From NCBI RefSeq assembly GCF_006345805.1, contig NC_042998.1:110794001-110858000 (forward strand): a DNA stretch of 64,000 bases. Direction: 5' to 3'. Source of the stretch: Octopus sinensis (lineage: Eukaryota). Position numbers and translations under genes: made by a program. Shown here piece after piece: positions 10,800-24,544 of this stretch. Within the stretch, counting starts at the first letter, position 1. Every line of letters starts with the position of its first letter. The notes under the pieces were generated by a model. It searched no databases. It was given only the letters and a program-made list of their open reading frames with translations, and had not been told where the DNA came from.

Positions 10800-11112
10800 C
10801 TCCTCTCTGTCTCTCTATCTATCTGTCTATCTCTATCCCATTACTCTATCAACACTACCAGTTTTAATAATACATCTGCAACTCTCCTTAAATTTCTTTG
10901 TCGCTCTTTCTCTCCCTCTCTTTTTCTTTCTTTTTCCCTCTGTCTCTCTCTCTCTCTCTCTGTCTGTCTGTCTCCGTCACCGCCCTCCCCGTCTCTATGC
11001 CTACTATTACTCTCACAGCAGTACGCGGAAGTGTCATTGAATAGTGAGAGAGGGGGGTCAAAGTGTGACACACTGACACACAGAAATTAGTTTTCACATT
11101 TATTACATTAGG
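10320..11112 (-). mobile_element. Two related Helitron-like non-autonomous fragments (about 10320-10515 and 10690-11112)
   Basis: Both share cacactgacacaca.aaattagttttc.cattta; the minus-strand start tctaatatgataaatgcgaaa resembles non-autonomous Helitron 5' ends. Confidence 0.5.
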
Positions 11113-12038
11113 GATGCATGTGTGTGCGTGTATGTGTAACGAAGAAAAATAGGGATTAAAGAAATCCAGCTGAATATCTCGCCTGCATTTTGTAGAGATT
11201 GAACCCAGCTAATCAATTGTCTAGTTATTACCGCAGCAACCCAAACACGCTGTTATATCGTACGACCCCACGGATACATCGAATAATTCATCATTATCCG
11301 ACGTTTTTTTTTTTACCCATGCTTATTAAACAGGATTGTTTTCCTCGCAAGACTTATAAAGTCCAGGACTATAGGTCTATACCATCATATGATTTAGCAA
11401 ACTCGATGACTTAATCAAGCAGCGATCGAGAAATGGAGGAATTAAAATCTATGTCAAACTGAGTGAATCTAGCCATATTCTTATTCTTGATGTTCTTGAA
11501 CAAATCCATTACAGTAATACTATTATTCTATTATTGAAGCTTTGCAGACTTTCTAATTTTATTATTAAGGCGTGTTAATATTTTTTTAGTTACCAGCCCA
11601 ATTTCAGAGCTCGCTGGGGGTTAACAATTTACAAGTAGGTTGAGTATGAAAATTGATTTTATGATCTTTTAAAGTAATAAAAGCTTCCCGTCCTCAGTAA
11701 AAGAAAAAGGGTGATTTGACTTGTTTAGTTTCAAGCTTAGCTACGATCATCACTAGAGAAAAGTCATACATCTACACTTCTCTTATGGGAATATATAACT
11801 TTATGCATACATACAACCGCGAAATGTAGTGGTATAGGTCAACAAGTTGGCCTTATTTCCATCTCTTTGCGCTAGCCTTATTTGCATCTCTTTACGCTAG
11901 CCCATTCAAATAAAGAAATGCTTTCCTACTAAGCCGCTTTTTATATGAAGTACTTGTTAGGTTTCGATCCAACAAATCTACCCAGGGACACATACATACA
12001 TACATACATACATACAAACATATATATATATATATGTA

Positions 12039-13614
12039 TTGATTGATTCTAGTTTCAGCTCACGAGCTGTGGCCATGCTGGGGCACCGCCATTTGGTGTT
12101 GCTACATGGTTTTACTTCACGAATGCTTTTTAGCAACTGCCATTTGGTGCATGAGAGAGTTCGATGCAGCTGCCCTCATCTGCACCTCCTGCCGTGAAGT
12201 TGGTTCATCTGGGATACCTGACAAGAAGAGATCCAGTTTCATTTTAAAGACATCTGCATCCACCCCATGCAGGTCTCTTAGGTTCTTCGGGAGGATATTG
12301 AAGAGCTGTTCGCCTCGGAAGCCCAGGCTATCACAGTATCTTGTCCTACATCTTGATGGCAAATTTGGAGTCCTAGGCACCACGCAGTGGCGCCCAGTTC
12401 TGGCATTTGTGTAACTATCGATGCCAAAGTTTGGGACACGTCCTTCCAGGGTCTTCCAGATGTATATTATGGCATATCTTTCTCGCCTACGCTCCAAGGA
12501 ATAGAGTTTTAATCTCTTGAGTCTTTCCCAGTAGCTTATATTCTGCACATAGGCTATCTTCTTCGTGTAGCTACGTTGGATCGCCTCAAGTTCTGTGATC
12601 AACTTGACACTGGATGGTGACCATAGCTGAGAGCAATAGTCAAAGTGGCTTAGGACAAGTGTCCTCTAGAGGACCATCATGGTTTCTTGTTCTCTTGTTC
12701 TAAAGGTTCTGAGAATCCATCCGGCCTGTCGTCTACATTTCATTGCCAATTTAGCAACATGTACACGAAAGGTTGCGTCATCACTCATGTAAATACCCAG
12801 GTCACGCACTGATTGTGCCTCTGGGATTGCAATTCCTCCGGGTCCAGTGTATTCATTGGGTATTGCATTTAGTTTTGCATGCTGATAGCATAAAGCTTGA
12901 AACTTTTCAGCATTGAATTGCATGCTATTCTTTTCAGCCCACTTGTATATTTTGTCCAGCTCACATTGCAGGCGTTTAGTGTCCTCAGGGTTCTGTATTG
13001 CCTGTGAAACTTTTGTATCATCTGCATAACTTGTGATCGTGGCTCTCTGCATGGCTGAGGGCATGTCTGAGAGGGCCATTATGAACAGTAGTGGTCCCAA
13101 AAACAGTGCCCTGCGGAACACCGCTCACTATTTGCGTGTTAATGGAAGTGGCCCCATTGGCTACTACCACCTGACTTCTATCTTTCAGAAAGTCATGAAG
13201 CCATTCTTCCAGTTTTCCAACTATACCAAGATCACGCAGTTTGTGACATATCATTCCATGATCGACTTTATCAAAGGCCTTTGCAAAGTCAAGATATATC
13301 ACTTCCACATTTGAGTGGTTGAGCAGTCGTTTCAGCACCCAGTCATAGTGTTGTAGGAGCTGAGTTAAGCAGCTTCTTCCTGGTCGGAAACCATGTTGGG
13401 TGTCAGGCAGCAAGTCATTTTCTTCAAGTAAGGTGATCAGTTTCCTTCTGACTATTCGTTCCATGACCTTGCTGATGTGTGAGGTCAGAGAGATAGGTCT
13501 GTAGTTCTTGGCCTCCGCTCTGCTACCTCCTTTATGAATAGGGCATATTTTACCTTCCTTCAGTTTTCTTGGAAGTTTGCCAGCTGCGACGAAGCTCTGA
13601 AAGAGGAACTGCAG
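12039..13614 (-). mobile_element. 5'-truncated CR1-group LINE (Crack/Daphne-like), RT and C-terminus, with a frameshift and a stop
   Basis: QHGFRPGRSCLTQLL, YLDFAKAFDKVDH, SGVPQG, YADD, VRDLG, LERRRER, PDEP; frameshift near 13105, stop at 12666; (aatc)n tail; TA tract at the 5' junction. Confidence 0.93.
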
Positions 13615-13660
<46 letters not shown>

Positions 13661-13662
<2 letters not shown>

Positions 13663-13750
13663 AAATAAGCAACAACGATATCCAGAGGTAATGCAGTACG
13701 ATCGTTTCATGCAACTCCATTTAAGTGAACAATGCAATCATTACATCAAC
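13661..13750 (-). mobile_element. Truncated copy of the hammerhead-bearing family at 61223 (3' half only)
   Basis: Minus strand GAAACGATCGTACTGCATTAC is identical to 61291-61311; bounded by TA tracts. Confidence 0.75.
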
Positions 13751-14619
13751 TATATATATATATATTATATTAAATTAGAGACAAAACCACTATTATGCAA
13801 ATCAAACAAAGAAAGACTTAAGCCAATACATAAAATAATTTATATAAATTTAGAAATTTAACAATTATAATTTAATATAATATAATATTTTACTATAAAA
13901 TTGGATTCAATCCTAAATCTGATTTTTCCCTGTAAATTTGGATTTATTCCCTAATGTTTATTATTATATATATATATATATATATATCCAGAGAGAGAGA
14001 AAGAGAAAGACATGCATATGAATGTGGCAATATGGCTATCTATAGTATATATTTAATTATAACATCAGTAAATCAGATGTTATATGTTCTATAAATAGTG
14101 GCTTGTTGTGTGTGTCCGCAATTAATTAATTAACCATTACTGCACTAAGCAACATGACTGGATAAGTTGAAACCTCAGTTAAATTAATGATAATATTGTT
14201 TTACAGCGTTACCTAATTATGTGTTTCCATTTACGGGCTTCTTAATACAATGATAATTAATTAATTGGATAAGCGGTCAAGACTGGAATATCGACGCAAA
14301 TATATAAACTCATGATATCATTCATAATGATATGCACAAACAGCGAATGACACACGAAAAGGAGTGCGCACGCACACAGAGAGATACTCTTTCGAAATCA
14401 AATATAATGAAATTCCATAAAAGCATAGATGCTTTTACTAACAGAACAAACCCCAGAAATGACTCAGCCGTTAAAAGCATCGTTCATCGGGGATATAGCT
14501 TCTCACAGTGCATATTTTCTTAACTACCTTTTCGAATGAAGAATTCGTAAGCAGCATTTTTCAAAAACAACATTTATTTCCAACGTTGCATAATCTCGCA
14601 CGCACACAACTTAAACATT

Positions 14620-14990
14620 AAAACAACCACAAAGCAAAATACAACCGGCTAGATGTTGTTATGAGGCACCACAATGAAAGATATACTATCTTGTGGAAAT
14701 CAGTTGCCCTCAAGATACCAATGTGGCTAGAAAAATACAACAGAAAGAGGACATCTAAGAACCACTGATGACAAGTTTGCAGATACAAGACACACTTTCT
14801 CTACCTATTATTATTAGAGCAACAGGTTACATATCAATCCGCCGGGAGCAAAGTATGGTGGAACTTGGAATCTTCAGGAGAGAACGCAAATATTTAATTG
14901 ATATTCTACAAATGATCTCGATATCTTGGACTTTAAAAATCTTCAAGACCTTCTTAAGATTGAACGGATGATGGTTAAAACAAGATACTT
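14620..14990 (+). pseudogene. Degenerate restriction-like endonuclease domain of an RLE-type non-LTR retrotransposon
   Basis: NRLDVVMRHHNERYTILVEISCPQDTNVARKIQQKEDI*EPL...PIIIRATG matches the RPD...E/D-x-x-CP...K...PIIIG motif series. Confidence 0.7.
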
Positions 14991-15594
14991 TCCTTCAAAA
15001 CCTTGCTACTGCGTAGGTGGCCGCTCAAAATTTACTCTAAATTGAAAAGAGAGCGTAAAAAACACATATGTATTGATATTTGTATATTTCTATGAAAGCA
15101 AGTATCTGTGTATATGTGTGTATATATAAATGCACTCACGCACACACGCACACACATACACACATATATATATATATATAGGCTTTCATATACATGCTTG
15201 TATAACTAATATTAAACTTAATACCTAATAGTGTAATTATTGCTCATACAAACATACATACATATAAACACACATACATGCAAACATACATACATACATA
15301 AATACGTACAAATATACATATAATAAAGAATTAAATGCTATCTATAGGTTTTGAAGAAATGCGTTGCTATATTGATCAATCTAAGTATAAATACTCAAGG
15401 ATTATAAAATTACTGATAATTGATGTTTAGGATTATCTTAATGAAACTCTCAAACGAACTTCATTTCAAAATATAGCGAGCATATGTTAGTTTGTGTTTC
15501 CTGTTGTGAGCATATATATGTATCAAACTATATGCGTGCATTTAAATGCAGATGCAGACACACATAGACACACATGTATATATGCACACTCATA

Positions 15595-15875
<281 letters not shown>

Positions 15876-17082
15876 TATGTTTGTATATAAATATGTGTAT
15901 ACATACAAATACATACACACCACGCTGAGTATAGATATGTGTGTGTGACTGTGTGCGTCCGTGATGATTTTGTTCGTTAATTTCCTGCTAAATTGCAGAT
16001 ATTTCGCTGGCGGGGTCAACATTTTATGCTTCCTTGTTTATCTTAATACATTATGCCATTGGCTAAATTTCCACTAAGCGTATAGATTTTTCTACATGAA
16101 TAAATGCCATTTGCTAATTTAGCTAATTTAGCATTAAATTCTGGAAACTTTGCGTTTAATGAAATATACGTTCACAATTGCTTTTATCTTGTACCGTAAA
16201 AGAAAATCGAACATGTCTAAAATCACCAGATGGTACGTTAAACTACTAGATTGCTAATCATAAATGGCTAATACATGCTGAAAAATTCTCCGTGACAATA
16301 AAATGAAACAATAAAATAAAAGTATAGAATCTCCATTAATCAGTCCAAAATTACTTCTATTTCTTAATTATCATGGAATAAAGACGTTATATAAATTGTT
16401 TTACGTAAAAGGAACGTTTAACTGTAATCAGAAGATGAAAGGAAATATGTAGACCTTGACTGGTTTCTTCCTTCTGTCATATGAAGAAGAAAAAATATCC
16501 TCAAAGAAAATCGGCAATGTAGAACAATCATTCATAACTCAATATTGCATATATAAACGGATATCGGTTGATGAGAAATGCAAAATCAAGAAAATCCAAC
16601 ACAGCGAATCCATTTTTGAATTTTGAATTATATGGATTAGTAAAAATGAAAAAGGATGCTTGGTACATGTATTTGTTTCTGTTTTTAGATATGCAAATTT
16701 GTTACTTTTTAAAAAGGAACGCTGGAAACTTTTAAGAATGTTACATTCAATCTCATATATGTATCAATGCACACACACACAGACACACACACACACATGC
16801 ATATACACACATTCACACACACACACATATGCACTTATACATTATATATTATACTACCAATGCATCTCGGCGTTGCCCGGTTGTCATGACCTACAGTTAC
16901 ATTGTATTATCTGTTCCTTTCTTATGGACAGAATCAACACAGCTGATATATTGTGAACGTGATTACTGGCGTAATGGAAGTTATTGCTTGTTTAAAAGTG
17001 AAGTGGGGGACGGTAGAATTTGTATGAAAGTGCTTTCTGTTCTTAAGAAGATCACAAATTAGGCATTGTTTCATTGTATAAA

Positions 17083-17762
17083 AGGGGGTTAATACGATTT
17101 TACCCAGAAATCACGCTTTCAAAATTTTAATTTCTCACCGTCCCTACTGCAGTTTCTTAATTTGTAACGTTTTTCGATGTTTTTTTTTCTTTTTATCCAC
17201 GTAGAAAAATACAGGGATTAGGAATTTGGGAAATATATATTCTTCATTTTTTCAAGTTTAATTTCACTTAACCACTCAGTGTTCCTTCCCTCATCTCGCC
17301 CAATTATCACCTACTCCCTTTCAAAAAGCTAAAACCTCCCAATGTTTCACTTTCGTCCGATGTTCCACGCATGCGTAGAATTTTACTGAAATGGCAGATG
17401 TACAAAAAAACGAGACCAACAGCAGAAAATCCGACTTGCTGGAAACAACAAGAAAACGATATTATTTTTGAAGAAACTTCCTCGTTTTCCAAAAAGCTAA
17501 AAGTGAAACATTCAGTGTTTGTAATTTTTTCAAAGTGGTGACGTGATGGGTGGATGTATGGGTGGATGTATGGGAAGGAGATTTTAGTGTTTCTTTAAAA
17601 AAATAGGAAGAAGAAAATTCTTAAAATTCGTCCTCTGTTTTTTTTCTCTGTAGATTACCAAAACAAAAAGAATTTGGAAAAAAAGTAAAAATTAAGAAAT
17701 TGGTGTGGAAAGGGAGAAAATTAAAATATTGAGAACGTATTTTTGAATCGTAATACCCTGTA
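17083..17762. mobile_element. Degenerate MITE-like element with inverted termini
   Basis: About 17083-17165 is an approximate reverse complement of about 17683-17762; inner inverted match aatgtttcacttt/aaagtgaaacatt. Confidence 0.5.
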
Positions 17763-18430
17763 TCGAAAACAGGTATCGGAAGAAATCTAGGAAAGAAATA
17801 GGGGTGGGGGCACAAATGTCACCTTGGACATGCTAGAAACACCAGGTAAAGGACAGGATTTCTGGGAAAACCTCCTTTTAAGTTTATATCGAATATGTTT
17901 ATATCGAATACGTTCATCACAAATACAAATTGCAGAATAGGAAACGGTCATTTCAATTGGATTTGAGCTGTAATTTTACGCGTGTACACAGCAAGAAATA
18001 ACATAATTCGCAAAGAAGTTTTAACTAGAGTGTGTGTGTGCGAGCGTGTTGTGTGCGTGTGTGTTGGTGAGCTTCTGTGTGTGCGTGTGGTATTCTTTCA
18101 TTTAAAGCAGCAAAGTTGTTAACTCAATCATATGATGGATCATATGGGATCGTGTGATTGATCGTCAGTTTCCATAAATTTGTTTTATTTCTTTATACTT
18201 TGAAGAGAACAAAAATTGGATGAGAGGAGAAACTGAAAAGGTGACATTTGCTTTGAATTAAGACAAAAAGTGAAACAGAGGAGAAACTGAACGATGTATA
18301 TGAAATGGACATGTGTGTTTGTACGGGAGTGTGTGTGAGAGAGAGGGAGAGTGTGTGAAGGTGTGTGTTGTCATGTATGTATATTTTGCATATATGTGTA
18401 AGTGACACTCACTTTCTCTATCTCTCACCT

Positions 18431-18464
<34 letters not shown>

Positions 18465-18789
18465 CCTCTTACACACAGATTACCTTTCATATATACACGT
18501 ACATGTGAATGCATATGAGTATGTGCGTGTGCGTGTGAGAGAGAAGAAGTGTGACTTTATTTACTCATAACATATAGAGAAATGGATGCCTTCTAATGAA
18601 TTTTTTGGTTGTGGCTTATTATACAATATTTATGTGTACATTTTCCTAAATGTTTGTCTGAGTAGAATTCTACGCATGCTTGAAACATTAGAAGCAGTTT
18701 GATAAATTGCTCGAAAAGGACCTCAAAATAGTGTAATCCAACCTCGTTTCCGAATTTATTTTAGAAGGAAAAAGTGTTGTTGTGCCAAA

Positions 18790-19550
18790 AGCATAGCTTA
18801 TTTCGTAGCCTTTATATTTATTTTCAACAATGAACTTTTATCTGTCTGGTGAAGTTGCATGGTCCCTCTTCCAAAATTCACTTGTCAGTGACGTAAAATA
18901 TTCCTCCACTACTGTTCTAACCTCGTCTACAGAATTCATATTTTTCCATCCAAATAATTTTGAAGACTGTGGAATAAATAATAATCAGATGGGGCAATGT
19001 CCGGCGAATATGGTGGGTGGGGCATTCAAACAGCCCCAGCCTTTGGAATGTCATCCTCACTGTATGTAGCCGTGCATTATTCTGATGGAAGAACACCTTT
19101 CGTCTTGAAACCAAAGATGTTTTTTTTTCTTATAGCGCTGACTTGAATAACTGGTGGAATGACCAAATCTAAGCTCCTCTGCTAGTTCCTCAACAATTAC
19201 GATGGGATTTTGTTCCACCAATGTTTGCAGGATGTTCTCGTCGAGCTCTATAGATCTTCCAGGCCGAGTCTCTTCTTCTAGGCTGCAGTTTCCCGGCTCG
19301 GAATTTCTGGAACCACCGTTGACACTGGCTTTTGCTTTTCCGATCCCCATATACTGCATCAACATTCTTCGCAATTTTCATTGCTTTGTTGTCTTTATCG
19401 AACTCATAAGCAAAATATGCTGAATACGCTCCTTTGTTACTTCCATTATAGCTTTAAAAAAAAATAACTGCTAAAATTGAACTGCACTCTTTCACTTATA
19501 AAATGGATCCAAAAATATATAGAAAACTATGTAAACTTTGTGCACATTTT
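18790..19550 (-). mobile_element. Degenerate mariner transposon (internally deleted)
   Basis: RWFQKFRAG, EETRPGRS...VEQNP...EELAEEL, FHQNNARLHT and SPDIAPSDYYL motifs across frameshifts. Confidence 0.85.
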
Positions 19551-19563
19551 CCATGTTTTAATT

Positions 19564-19598
<35 letters not shown>

Positions 19599-19699
19599 CT
19601 GTAATATAATATATTATATAGTTATGTATGTATGTATATTGTATGTATGTATGTATGTATGTATGTATGTATGTATGTACATATATCCATCAAGCAATA

Positions 19700-19891
19700 G
19701 CACCCACTACCCTCTTGGAGTGGTTGGCGTTATGAAGAGCATCCAGCTGTAGAACCTATGTCAAATCAGATTGGAACCTGGTGCAGCTGCTTAGCTTTAC
19801 CACCTTTCAGTCAAACCATCCAGCCTATGCCATCATGAAAAGCTGACGTTAAATGAAGACGATGATGATGATGATGGTGATGATGTTAATA

Positions 19892-19944
<53 letters not shown>

Positions 19945-19945
19945 A
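19700..19945 (+). mobile_element. SINE 3' half ending in an (ATG)n tail
   Basis: ggagtggttggcgttatgaagagcatccagctgtag...gacgttaaatga followed by (gat)n. Confidence 0.6.
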
Positions 19946-20761
19946 TGTGTTTGTTTGTATGTTTGTATGTGTAAGTGTTGTCTTGTCAATTGTTTTGCGT
20001 GTATTGAAATATATTCAACTATATTTTCCGTATATCTATTTTTGTACTTACCTATGAATTTGATGGAATCTACATTTTATGCCTTCCTGTCTACTTTGCC
20101 ATCTAAGAATTTAACATAAGTACCAGTGTAATTATATGGAAAGGGAACAGTGCGAACGTTAACCTTTGTGTAATCAACCTTCCTCAATGATTGCTTCCTA
20201 CTTAAAGATGATTTCATAATAAATAGACAATTATATCACTTAAAGCGCCAGTGATACCATCTAAATGTCGTTATTGGACGCACATCCCTAGGAAACCTTC
20301 GATACACTTGAAAAATTGGTTAAAATCTATAGTCATCATATCTGACATACCTCTCCGCGTATGTCCGAAGAAGATGCCTCGCACATACATTATCATAATA
20401 ACACAATTCCCACATCAGGTATGGCTAAATAATTATTCAATTATGAAGTGACCACATAAAACACTTCATAGTATTTTCTGTTGATTCTATTATATAATAC
20501 AATAATAAAAGCGGCAAACTGACAGAATTGTAGGGGCGTCAGAGAAACTTTCTTTTTGCATCATTCCTTCCGACTGTTTAAGTTCTGAGTATAATGTCTG
20601 CCGTGATCCTCGTTACTTTCCACCCATGCGTGTTCGATAATGGAAAGTAAACTTCAAGGGTAATATCTACTAACTCCTCAACCTCAATAATGCTGGGCGT
20701 GGACCAACTTTTTGACATGGTTACGTTATAATGCAATAGATAATATACTTCTGGCTTTGAA

Positions 20762-20806
<45 letters not shown>

Positions 20807-20864
20807 CTCTCTCTATATATATATATACATATGTATGTACATATATATATATATTATATATATA

Positions 20865-20896
<32 letters not shown>

Positions 20897-20898
20897 GC

Positions 20899-20929
<31 letters not shown>

Positions 20930-20965
20930 TGTACATACATATGTATATTATGCATATATATACAT

Positions 20966-21007
<42 letters not shown>

Positions 21008-21015
<8 letters not shown>

Positions 21016-21320
21016 ATCACGTGACCGACCAGGCTATCAGATGTTGCTACACATCGCTGGTCACAATGCGCTTCGCACTGTTTTAGCCTTCAAATGACGC
21101 CACCCCGCTGGCTAAGCGAGCAGGCCAACAGAAGAAAGAGTCAGAGAAAATTGTGGCGAAAGCGTACAGCAGGGTTCACCACCACCCCCTGCCGGAGCGA
21201 CGTGGAGCTTTAGGTGTTTTCTCTTAAGAAACACTCACAACGCCCGGTCTGGGAATCGAAACTGCGATCCTGCGACCGCGAGTCCGCTGCCCGAACCACT
21301 GGGCCAGTGTGCCTCCACAT
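21008..21320 (-). mobile_element. tRNA-derived SINE inserted in a TA microsatellite
   Basis: Minus-strand head tggcccagtggttcgggcagcggactcgcggtcgcaggatcgcagtttcgattccc; tail gtcacgtgatcacgtg. Confidence 0.85.
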
Positions 21321-21359
21321 ATTATATATATATCTATATATATATATATATATATATAT

Positions 21360-21637
21360 ACAAGATAAGGGCAGAAGAAAAATTCTAATGCCAGATACGC
21401 CGAAAGAAAAAATTGTCGATAACCATTAAATTTATGCGTCTCGAAACAAACCGATAGAAATCTCTAAAAAATTTGTTATTACCGTATTGGTCCAATTTCG
21501 GGGTTAATTCACAAAAAATTTTGTTCTCTTCAGCGGCACATACGCGAGATATAAATGAAATACTTATTCATACCCATGGAAGAAGCAAGCACCAAGTCCC
21601 GAGCAGACTTAGAAATTTTCTTCTGCCCTTATCTTGT
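21360..21637. mobile_element. Short element with 29-bp inverted arms enclosing a hammerhead
   Basis: acaagataagggcagaagaaaa(a)ttctaa at 21360-21388 versus its reverse complement at 21609-21637. Confidence 0.75.
21480..21538 (-). ncRNA. Type-I hammerhead ribozyme, intact core
   Basis: tgccg-CTGAAGA-g...c-GAAA-ttgg-a-ccaa-TA-cggta. Stem I tgccg/cggta; stem III attggaccaat is near-palindromic; stem II is weak. Confidence 0.75.
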
Positions 21638-21757
21638 AAATTATGTATAAATTTTACCTTCAAAGGCATTTTTTGATATGCTGGCCATTGATAAGATTTT
21701 TTTCCCGAGAAAAATGTTATCCTATATCAATTATATATATATATATATCACATCAGC

Positions 21758-21758
<1 letters not shown>

Positions 21759-21842
<84 letters not shown>

Positions 21843-21856
21843 GATAGATAGATAGA
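21759..21856. repeat. (TAGA)n microsatellite
   Basis: Directly visible. Confidence 0.97.
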
Positions 21857-22114
21857 AAATTATCAATGACAATACGCCAAAGAGGAAGAGAAATAATACT
21901 CGGAGACAGATATATGAAATCAAGCGGCTCAAAAGTGAAGAAATAGGAAGCAAAAGTACATTAACCAAAGGAGTGGACAACTAAGATTAATGCAGCAAAA
22001 GAAGAAACAGAGAGGAATTTGAAGTTTCGAGGGATTATTCGTTACAGAAGAAGACAAAAATAGCTGCAAATAGACTCACATAGGCTCACACGCACACACA
22101 CATACATACGTAAG

Positions 22115-22495
22115 TATAAAACTTAGATAAAACTTAGATATGTTTCAACCAGAGATTGGTCCAGGCCATGTCTAACTTAATAGCACCACCTGATAGGATT
22201 ATTCGAATCCTGTTTAAGTCAAGTTTTGTTCAAGTAGTGAGTTCTTGTTGGGTGAGTTGTACCCAGTTTTGTTCAAGTAGTGAGTTCTTGTTGGGTGAGT
22301 TGTACCCAGTTTTATTCAAGTAGTGAGTTCTTGTTTGGTGAGTTGTATCCAATTATGGGTGGCTTATCTGGTATTCTTTGAAGGAATCTATCCAGACTCT
22401 GTTTGAAGTTGATGGGATCCTTTTCCTCTTTGATCTCCCTCGGGACAATGTTAAATAGGGCAGGGCCTGTTGAGGAGTTAAATAGGGCAGGGTCC
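22115..22495 (-). mobile_element. 3' end of a second CR1-group LINE with a triplicated 43-bp segment
   Basis: GPALFNIVPREIKE...FKQSLDRFLQRIPDKP; 43-bp units start at 22222, 22265 and 22308; terminal catggcc...gaaac plus short tandem tail. Confidence 0.8.
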
Positions 22496-24544
22496 ATTTC
22501 TACATTTCTTTTAGACAATTGTGAATGTTAAACAGTATAAACTATTGCAAAACAATATAAAACTAAAAGGAATACTGGTATTACTTTAAAATGAATGCAT
22601 TTCACAGTAAAGAACAGTAGGACAGAAGAGTGACTTTGCTTATTGCTTTTCTTCAAGACTGATGACAGAAAGCAATAAGAAGATGAAATTCAAAAGAAGA
22701 TTAACAAATCATGCTTAATTTTTGTCAAATCGACGATTGAATCGGAATCATTTACCTTATCAAGAAAGTGCTAACTGTTCATTTACTTTTCCACTGCTTT
22801 AAATCATCATGTTGTCAATGTCTTAGATATTGTGATTGCTATTAACCAGTCCAGCTGCTCTAGCCTATTGTTATAACCCACTAATCCTCATTTCTATTTT
22901 CGATTTCAATTCATCTCACAACAATTTTGCTCTTCTGTAATCACAATTCTTCCGATGATGTCCTTTATTTTTTCTGCTCGTTGTATTTGAAACCTAACTG
23001 TAATAAATTTACAACCTTTACTAACACCCATTCCTGTTGTATCACTAATCTTTTCCTCCGTAATATCAGGGTCATGAGTCATATTTCCATGTCACGAACC
23101 ACTTCATCTACTCCTCCAAAAATGTTACAGTAACTGCATAGAATGCTATGAGGCTTAATATATATAGTGTAAGATGGTCACATTATCTTTAAATCGTTTT
23201 ATGGACCATTTATAGATGTTTGGCATAATACCACCGGCTAGCCCTCCTCTTCAGCACTTGATGTCATTCTAATCTGCGTCTCTTTATGCCAGATCTCGTA
23301 CAATACCTTAGTTCTCCTCGTCCTTTTGTTTCCGGCTTCGGGAAGAAGGAACGCATTTCTTCCGCCCGGATATTTTATTCTCCACTATTACAGAACATAC
23401 GTATACAGTCCTTCGCATACTACTACTGTCAGACACAATGCCCTACACACTCACCCACCTCTCTCCCTCTCACTTCGTCACTCTGTAAATAACCCTCACA
23501 CTCACGTTTCACTACAAGTCTTCGAAGTTTCCCCCCTCCGACAGTTGGCCTATTTTCTACTGAAACTGCTAACTCTTCTCACTTTTCAGTTGCTATTGTT
23601 CAACATATTTCATACTTAAGGATGGACATTTTTACTTATCTTTAACAAGTTAATATTTGTTCTTTCTCTTCATTTTTATCTATCTTGACAAAGTACAACT
23701 ATCTGAAACGTAATGAGTTCTTCTTCTATAAACCACAGTGTAGTTTATTGATTTGTACTCTCACACAGTGTTTTTACTGTTCTCTGTATTATTGTTTTGT
23801 TACTGTGACTGCTTGTCATTTACCCTGGTTATTTACTTACATGTGAATTTCTGCGTTGTAATTTTAAGGTAATTTAAGAATAATAGAATATTCATTGATG
23901 ACGGGATTCAATACTATAACCAATATTAAAATTCCTTTTTCAATTCTTTTTGGTTGTGGGTGGTAGTTTCGACTAATAGAGTTTTAATCAGATAAATATC
24001 ACACTGAATAAGCACGAAGGAACACCTTGAAATCCCAGTGAAAACAAAATTTAATCATACATATTTATTATATAAACCATTATTTCATAAGCCACGTATT
24101 CTAAGATATAGCACAATGTTAACCATATATGCTGAAAGATCATTGGGGAATAAATTATTCACTGTTATTTTCCTACGTGGATTTCTATATCCCATTTGTA
24201 GAATACATACTGATTTCCAATAATGTTAAGTCATTGTGCATCACTTTTTTCTTTAAAGTTACTTATAATACTTATGGCTTTCTATTCTTTTCTTCTATTG
24301 TTTATATGCATCCTGAGAGGATTCGTTTGTTTTCAATGACAAGATAGCGAAATCGTTAGCAGGCACAGCAAAATGCTTAGCGGTATTTCTTTTGTCTCTA
24401 CATCCAAATTTCACCCAGCTTGACTTTGCTTTCATCATATCTGGGTCGTAAAATGAGAACCAGTTGACCATTAGGGTTGATGCACCTAAATTACTGGCTT
24501 TGTGCAAAGTTTGAGATTATTAATATTATATAATCATATTGTGA

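Noticed and set aside
23895-24045. Hammerhead-like pieces on both strands (ttgatga-cgggatt...aatccc; ctgatta...gaaac)
   Set aside because: Core mismatches and no convincing stem I; possibly old PLE debris.
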